Below, piece by piece: positions 5,389 through 10,119 of a stretch of 10,119 nucleotides of DNA (positions within the stretch are counted from its first letter, which is position 1; each line of letters opens with the position of its first letter). Source of the DNA: Nanopusillaceae archaeon (lineage in GTDB: Archaea; Nanobdellota; Nanobdellia; Nanobdellales; Nanobdellaceae); contig JBMFJL010000014.1 of assembly GCA_049973735.1 (NCBI GenBank), positions 1 through 10,119 on the forward strand, given 5' to 3'. A model generated the notes under the pieces. That model was not told where the DNA came from and searched no databases. It worked only from the letters and a program-made list of their open reading frames with translations. A program made the position numbers and the translations under genes.

Positions 5389-8300
5389 CAAACAATATGG
5401 CACCAAAGCAATTTATATACACCAGTAGCATTTCTAAGTATACAATTGCCAACATATACATATATTGCGGGGCAAGATGTTTCATTTAATGTAACAATAG
5501 ATTATAGAGATATATATTATATACCGAATGTATCTTTAGTTGTTCAAATAATGCAAAAAAATGATAACAATCCAATATATCCATTTCAATTTACATCAGA
5601 TAATGAAATATACGAATTCTATTTGAATAATATATATTTAGAACCTGGAAAAACTATTACAATACCATTGAGCTATAAATTACCACAAAATATAAAATCC
5701 GGATACTATTATATTGTTGTATACTTATATACTCCCCTAGGAGAAATTAATGGTTTACCCTTTATATATTATCCAAAAACATATGCAGAGATATATGTAA
5801 ACAATCCAACTGGAAATTATCCTCTAATATATATATATAAAGATGGTACATATTTGTCTTCTTCTACTTTATATACTTGGGGTTCTACATTATCGTCTTC
5901 AGGATATTATTATTCTTCTTTAAGTGGTCCATCAGGCTTTGGTGTACAAAATTATGTAAATCTAACAGTAACAGTCTACTCTGATGTAGATTCTGATGCA
6001 TCGTTAAAAATAGTAATTGCCCCATGGGATGATATATTGTATCCACCCGTATACAGTGTTACGAAAAATGTTAGTTTGAAAAAAGGATATAATAGAATAG
6101 AGATAGATAATATAAATGTTGCAAATTATATGCCCAACGCATATTCTATAAGAATAGAATTGGCTAAAGATGGTCAAATTCAATCCATATATAGATCTAG
6201 ATTTATAGTTTTAGGACCAACAGTTAGGTTGGGAGGTGTATTTTTACAAGGAAATGGAAATTTAACAGTTATAGTATCACCATCACCGGATCATTTTACT
6301 TATCCAGTAACTGAAAATGTTTCGCTTAAAATATTCTCTAATGTTTTGGGATATTCTGAAGAAATATATTTAGGAAATATAGGTTGGAATCTTACACAAT
6401 TTACATATGTCAATAAAAGATTACCCATAAATTCAACAGAATTTGATTTATGTTTGACTCTATTTTATCATCCCGAAGGGCCATTTTATAATTTAATAGG
6501 TACCGAATATTGTACTTATTATAGGTTAGATAAGTCAAATACATATGGAATACCATTAGAAGATCTAATTTATGTAAATTATTCGAATAACTATTTCTAT
6601 ATATGTTCGAATGTTTCTGGAATATTGAATATAGGATATAATTCTGAAAGCAATGTTATATATACTGCAAAAATAGAAAATGGTTGTTTGAATTATACAT
6701 TTTCAGATAGTGGAAAGTATTATATATACTTTTCTTCGAATGAATATTCTAATAGTTGGGCTATAAACTATTCAAATTTAGTTCAAAGTAGCGAAAATAT
6801 CTCTACTAATCAAACTGCTCAAGGAACTAGTCCTATTTCCAGTAACAAAGGTATATTCACAATAATAGTTATATTATTAATAATATTTGCTGTATTATAT
6901 ATCATGATGAAGAAGATGAAGAAAGGAAAATTCTTGTTGTTACCACTACTATTAATACCAGCATTATTTAGTATACACTCTCAAAATGTATCTCTCAGTA
7001 CAAATTCTATATGTATACCAAATGACAGTTTAAACATAACTACAGCCAATTTTACAGGTACAGTTTATGTAAATTTTACATTCTATAATTTATCTAATAC
7101 AAGTCAGATATTTGCTAAAGGCTCATATTCATATAATGGAAATAGTATAACTAAATATAGTTATAATGTTAGTTTTTATAATTTACCAAAAAATCTACCA
7201 GATCAAATAAATACAGTATTTATGGGATATTTAATAACAGTGAAAAATTGTACTGGTTCTGGAAGCAATTTAAAATGTAATACTACCGATTATAATGGAA
7301 CAGTATATATAAATTATCCATATTACTTCAAATATTATTCTAATCCAATCTATCTTGGATCTAGTGCAGCAGTGCAGATAATACCAGGATGTATTTCTTC
7401 TACAATAAAAATAAGTCCTGTTACAAAAGGAGATATAGTATACTTCAACTTTACATTGGTTCAAGCCTCTGGAAATATATTGACGAGAACAAATTGTCCA
7501 GGAACTGGAGATCCGGAGTGGGGAACAAATATATGTGATTTAAACATCTCTAACTATATAAATCAAGTAGGTAATTATACATTTCTAGGATCTTACGATT
7601 ATAGTGGTGTAAAATATAATGTTTCTGTTTCTGATAATCCACTACAAGTATTAAATTCAGTTTCTGGTTCATTTACCAGTCAATCTTGTTCTCATGCAGG
7701 AACAAATACTGGTGCAAGTACAAATTCGAATCCATTATCAATAAATATAACTTATTTTGGAAATGGACAAGGATCATATTATACATATTACAATGGAGTA
7801 TACATATTGGCACAGAATACTACTTTGGCATTTTCTGTTGCGAGTGGTTATAATGCTTTATGTTCAGATGCTCACTCAACGAATGGTACTTCGGCAGTGG
7901 CTATATGGTTGTACAAAACAAATAATAACTATGATTTAAATGTTGCAAGATATATTGCGGGTATATCAAATATAGGGATTAATTTCACGAATTATTCAGT
8001 TAGCAGAAATACGATATATAATTTGTATCCAGATCAGGGATTCATGTATCCGGGATTGCCATGGTATGCTCCGGTTGCTGGTTCATCTTTAGTTTCTGTA
8101 TATAATTTCACCCAGCAAGATGCTGGATACTATGTAATATATCAAGATTATATAAAAACAGTTTGTGATAATCCAGTATCATATATTTGTGATCCAAATG
8201 GAGGATTATGTAATATAAGTGCTATTATTAATCAAGCCCAAGGTTGGTTACCAATAAATCCAGAACCAGGATATAAAATTCTAGTTATAAATCCAAATGC

Positions 8301-9669
8301 TACATTGAGTGTTTCCAACATTACATATTATCCATATATATGGAATACAAATCCAGGTATTGGAATATATATAGGGGATATAAACAATGTTGGTATTGGA
8401 GATTTAATTGTATTGGTTAATTATACAATACAAAATATAAATTACGGATATAGTTTTGTATTAAAGGAAAACAATGTTAATAAATTGTACATATATTTCT
8501 CAACAGATAAATGTCAACATGTGGATTGTAGAATACCTTACAATATAACATATTTAAATTACTATGGATTATCAGTGTATTCTCCCGTATTAAATAGTGG
8601 TTATGTAGATATAAGATGGGATAATTTAAGCATAAATACTACACCCGATTTAACAAAAATTACTTATGGAGCCCCTTCAAATATAAAATTGGAAATAAAG
8701 AATTTAGGTCCAGTGCCAGCAAAAAACATATCTGTTAGAAATATTTATTATAATCCCAACTGTATAGAAATCTTAAGCAATAATGATATGATAGATTCAT
8801 TAGATCCTGGAAGTGTATCATATTTAAATGTTAAAATAAATATAAAAAGCTTGCAATGTAAGAGTAGCGATTACAATATTACATTTACAATATATGGATG
8901 GAATACATACATTTATAACTATTCTATAATCTTGCCAGTTAGCTATATAGAATATCCAAGGGAAGGTATACAATTAACAGATCAAACAATATTCAATATA
9001 TATGACATAAATGCTAAAGAATGTTATATATCATTCAGTGGTGGATTATATCCAAGAAACTGTAATGCGCAATTCGTATATACACAGAATATGTGTCCAA
9101 GTTCTTTATGTATTGTGCAAATACAATCTAAGAACGATTATGCATTGTATTATAGTAAAAACTATACATACTATACTTATTTATTAAATTCTACAACAAT
9201 ATTCGGAATATCCACAGAGTCAAATTCTATAACATTGTTTGTTGGACAAAAGATAAACTATAAAATACTAATAAAGAACCTTGTTCCAACAGATTTGCAA
9301 TGTACATTAAATGTATTACCACAAATAACAAATTCAATTGCACAAATTTCCAGTTATGATGTAAATGGTGTACAAAATGCCAAAAGCTTTACAATACCAG
9401 CTGGAGGAGCAGTTATTCTAGCATCAGATATGGTAGGTTTGAGTAGTGGGGTTGGAGACTATTTAGTTGGTATACAATGTACATCAAGCGCATATGGTAG
9501 TGCATCATTTACAGTAGATATTCCTGTTTATGTATTGTCCCCAAGTGGAAATATTCTAACAAATAATACTTTATCTAATTTAGTTGTTTCAGAGAAAACG
9601 AATGTTCCAGTAATGGCAATAGCAGGCGTTGCTGTTATAACCTTACTTACTCTACTTTCTATAATTTAG
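5329..9669 (+). CDS. Giant secreted, membrane-anchored, putatively heavily N-glycosylated surface protein (S-layer or adhesin-like), bipartite; no family name assignable
   Basis: Uninterrupted 1446-aa ORF with an N-terminal signal peptide, an internal TM/basic/signal-like hairpin and a C-terminal TM helix. Composition is dominated by N, Y, S, T, I and is poor in K and E, unlike the neighbouring cytosolic proteins. By hand count there are 48 N-x-S/T sequons (14 before aa 508, 34 after) and 25 Cys (4 + 21), whereas LonB and PsmA have none. Several stretches resemble CARDB/DUF11-type beta-sandwich domains, e.g. YGAPSNIKLEIKNLGPVPAKNISVRN...LDPGSVSYLNVKINI (nt about 8641-8853), TYIAGQDVSFNVTIDY...LEPGKTITIPLSYKLPQNIKSGYYYIVVYL (nt about 5446-5733), and LFVGQKINYKILIKNL...FTIPAGGAVIL (nt about 9226-9528). 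Confidence 0.85.
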   Translation: MSKKYIILLSFLFISGSIYSQTIWHQSNLYTPVAFLSIQLPTYTYIAGQDVSFNVTIDYRDIYYIPNVSLVVQIMQKNDNNPIYPFQFTSDNEIYEFYLNNIYLEPGKTITIPLSYKLPQNIKSGYYYIVVYLYTPLGEINGLPFIYYPKTYAEIYVNNPTGNYPLIYIYKDGTYLSSSTLYTWGSTLSSSGYYYSSLSGPSGFGVQNYVNLTVTVYSDVDSDASLKIVIAPWDDILYPPVYSVTKNVSLKKGYNRIEIDNINVANYMPNAYSIRIELAKDGQIQSIYRSRFIVLGPTVRLGGVFLQGNGNLTVIVSPSPDHFTYPVTENVSLKIFSNVLGYSEEIYLGNIGWNLTQFTYVNKRLPINSTEFDLCLTLFYHPEGPFYNLIGTEYCTYYRLDKSNTYGIPLEDLIYVNYSNNYFYICSNVSGILNIGYNSESNVIYTAKIENGCLNYTFSDSGKYYIYFSSNEYSNSWAINYSNLVQSSENISTNQTAQGTSPISSNKGIFTIIVILLIIFAVLYIMMKKMKKGKFLLLPLLLIPALFSIHSQNVSLSTNSICIPNDSLNITTANFTGTVYVNFTFYNLSNTSQIFAKGSYSYNGNSITKYSYNVSFYNLPKNLPDQINTVFMGYLITVKNCTGSGSNLKCNTTDYNGTVYINYPYYFKYYSNPIYLGSSAAVQIIPGCISSTIKISPVTKGDIVYFNFTLVQASGNILTRTNCPGTGDPEWGTNICDLNISNYINQVGNYTFLGSYDYSGVKYNVSVSDNPLQVLNSVSGSFTSQSCSHAGTNTGASTNSNPLSINITYFGNGQGSYYTYYNGVYILAQNTTLAFSVASGYNALCSDAHSTNGTSAVAIWLYKTNNNYDLNVARYIAGISNIGINFTNYSVSRNTIYNLYPDQGFMYPGLPWYAPVAGSSLVSVYNFTQQDAGYYVIYQDYIKTVCDNPVSYICDPNGGLCNISAIINQAQGWLPINPEPGYKILVINPNATLSVSNITYYPYIWNTNPGIGIYIGDINNVGIGDLIVLVNYTIQNINYGYSFVLKENNVNKLYIYFSTDKCQHVDCRIPYNITYLNYYGLSVYSPVLNSGYVDIRWDNLSINTTPDLTKITYGAPSNIKLEIKNLGPVPAKNISVRNIYYNPNCIEILSNNDMIDSLDPGSVSYLNVKINIKSLQCKSSDYNITFTIYGWNTYIYNYSIILPVSYIEYPREGIQLTDQTIFNIYDINAKECYISFSGGLYPRNCNAQFVYTQNMCPSSLCIVQIQSKNDYALYYSKNYTYYTYLLNSTTIFGISTESNSITLFVGQKINYKILIKNLVPTDLQCTLNVLPQITNSIAQISSYDVNGVQNAKSFTIPAGGAVILASDMVGLSSGVGDYLVGIQCTSSAYGSASFTVDIPVYVLSPSGNILTNNTLSNLVVSEKTNVPVMAIAGVAVITLLTLLSII
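5827..5839 (+). repeat. (AT)6A dinucleotide microsatellite inside the surface-protein coding sequence
   Basis: atatatatatata at 5827-5839 encodes part of PLIYIYK. An A7 homopolymer also lies at 5553-5559 in the same gene. Confidence 0.9.
6850..6981 (+). other. Internal hairpin: TM anchor, KKMKKGK, then a second signal-peptide-like segment
   Basis: aa 508-551 read GIFTIIVILLIIFAVLYIMM-KKMKKGK-FLLLPLLLIPALFSIHS|Q. This is preceded by an S/T/N/Q-rich stalk (NLVQSSENISTNQTAQGTSPISSNK). In-frame ATGs lie at 6904, 6907 and 6916. The motif SIHS|Q mirrors SIYS|Q of the N-terminal signal peptide. Confidence 0.75.
9610..9666 (+). other. C-terminal TM anchor of the giant ORF
   Basis: VMAIAGVAVITLLTLLSII followed by stop, preceded by the S/T/N-rich stalk SPSGNILTNNTLSNLVVSEKTN. 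There is no basic cytoplasmic tail and no PGF-CTERM-like motif. Confidence 0.7.
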
Positions 9670-9921
9670 AATTTTTTTAATTTCTAATATTAAATCGTGT
9701 ATACCAATACCTAAGAACAATAATGCTATCATATAAAGATTGAAGATATAAGTTAAGAGTGCTGCAAATGAAAAGTACAAATGATGTATTTTTGTTTTGT
9801 ATATTTTTGACTTTGTCACTATTTCGATGAACAATTCTGGCTTAAATTTCTTTGTTATATATTCTGCTGAAAGGAAACCTATAGCGAAAGTTAAAGCATA
9901 TGTTATACCATCAGTTACCAT
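9652..9921 (-). CDS. Small hypothetical membrane protein (89 aa, 2-3 TM segments)
   Basis: The track ORF starts at a TTG (9939). The first ATG is at 9921 (MVTDGITYALTFAIGFLSAEYI...). Hydrophobic segments are ITYALTFAIGFLSAEYI, LYFSFAALLTYIF and LYMIALLFLGIGI, separated by a basic loop (KKFKPE...KSKIYKTK). It fills the only otherwise unassigned space between two confident genes. No family is recognised. Confidence 0.45.
   Translation of the reverse strand: MVTDGITYALTFAIGFLSAEYITKKFKPELFIEIVTKSKIYKTKIHHLYFSFAALLTYIFNLYMIALLFLGIGIHDLILEIKKILNYRK
9672..9678 (+). terminator. T7 tract 3 nt after the giant ORF stop (candidate terminator)
   Basis: tag-aa-TTTTTTT-aatttc. An oligo-T run sits immediately downstream of the TAG at 9667-9669. 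It lies inside the convergent small ORF on the other strand. Confidence 0.35.
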
Positions 9922-9977
9922 AATAAAAATTAAGACCAATTTAAATTTAAAATTTTATCACTATAAAAATATTTTTC
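9922..9977. promoter_or_regulatory. Divergent promoter spacer between the small membrane ORF and rps24e
   Basis: A 56-bp, almost pure A/T spacer (ttaaatttaaaattttatcactataaaaatattttt) with TATA-like elements usable on both strands at about 25-30 nt from each start codon. No Shine-Dalgarno motif. The assignment is not discriminating in this AT-rich background. Confidence 0.3.
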
Positions 9978-10119
9978 ATGGAAGTAGTTATACTAACTAG
10001 AGAAAAAAATCAGTTATTGAATAGAGAGGAAATAATAGTCAAGATAGAACATAAGGGAGAAGCAACTCCAAAAAGAGAAGAATTAAAGAAGAAAATAGCA
10101 GCTATGATAGGAAAAGATG
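9978..10119 (+). CDS. rps24e: 30S ribosomal protein S24e; N-terminal 47 codons, runs off the right edge
   Basis: Hand translation from the ATG at 9978 gives MEVVILTREKNQLLNREEIIVKIEHKGEATPKREELKKKIAAMIGKD. This matches the S24e pattern (NxLLxRxEixfxixHxGxxTPsRxexxxkla). It is not in the ORF track; the 9797-10000 track ORF is in a different frame. Confidence 0.85.
   Translation, partial: MEVVILTREKNQLLNREEIIVKIEHKGEATPKREELKKKIAAMIGKD

Noticed and set aside
7270-7939. Track ORFs 7270-7464 (minus) and 7757-7939 (plus, out of frame) inside the giant gene
   Set aside because: They are short, embedded in a long uninterrupted ORF with coherent protein features, and lack any motif or promoter context. 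They are most likely chance ORFs.
5329-9669. The idea that modules 1 and 2 of the giant ORF are tandem duplicates of each other
   Set aside because: Apart from the similar signal peptides (SI[YH]S|Q) and the shared architecture, I could not align the ectodomains by eye. The lengths (about 490 versus about 870 aa) and the Cys patterns (4 versus 21) differ. Any paralogy would need profile or structure comparison to establish.
9797-10000. Plus-strand track ORF of 67 aa
   Set aside because: It is antisense to the small membrane ORF. It also runs out of frame across the rps24e start, whose translation matches a conserved ribosomal protein.
1-10119. Mobile element, defence island, CRISPR array or prophage content
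   Set aside because: I noticed no direct or inverted terminal repeats, no spaced repeat arrays, and no transposase, integrase, Cas, restriction or toxin-like motifs. Base composition is uniform across the window. The flanking genes are core housekeeping genes, so this reads as native chromosome.

Overview
AT-rich (roughly 25-30% GC by eye), gene-dense archaeal chromosomal segment. Family calls rest on motifs I recognise by reading; no searches were run. Left third, minus strand: a tightly packed housekeeping operon of tfb, a Pop5-like RNase P subunit, proteasome alpha (psmA) and SBDS/Sdo1. This is a fragment of the conserved archaeal exosome/proteasome neighbourhood. The SBDS gene is cut by the window edge and is missing from the ORF track. 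Middle: an orphan polytopic membrane protein with no Cys or His, transcribed divergently across a 37-bp spacer from a membrane-anchored archaeal LonB protease. Right half: a 1446-aa secreted surface protein, rich in Asn/Tyr/Ser/Thr, dense in N-glycosylation sequons and rich in Cys, from no family I can name. It is followed by a small convergent membrane ORF and the 5' end of ribosomal protein S24e (also missing from the track). I saw no tRNA, rRNA, CRISPR, transposase, integrase or defence-gene signatures. Most genes lack Shine-Dalgarno motifs, and TATA-like boxes sit about 26 nt upstream of several ATGs, which suggests leaderless transcripts. The best candidate for something new is the giant ORF. 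It contains two complete modules (signal peptide, ectodomain, stalk, TM anchor) joined in frame by a hairpin of TM, KKMKKGK and a second signal peptide. It therefore looks like a surface-protein polyprotein, a nested two-gene unit, or a fusion or assembly artefact that needs ruling out.
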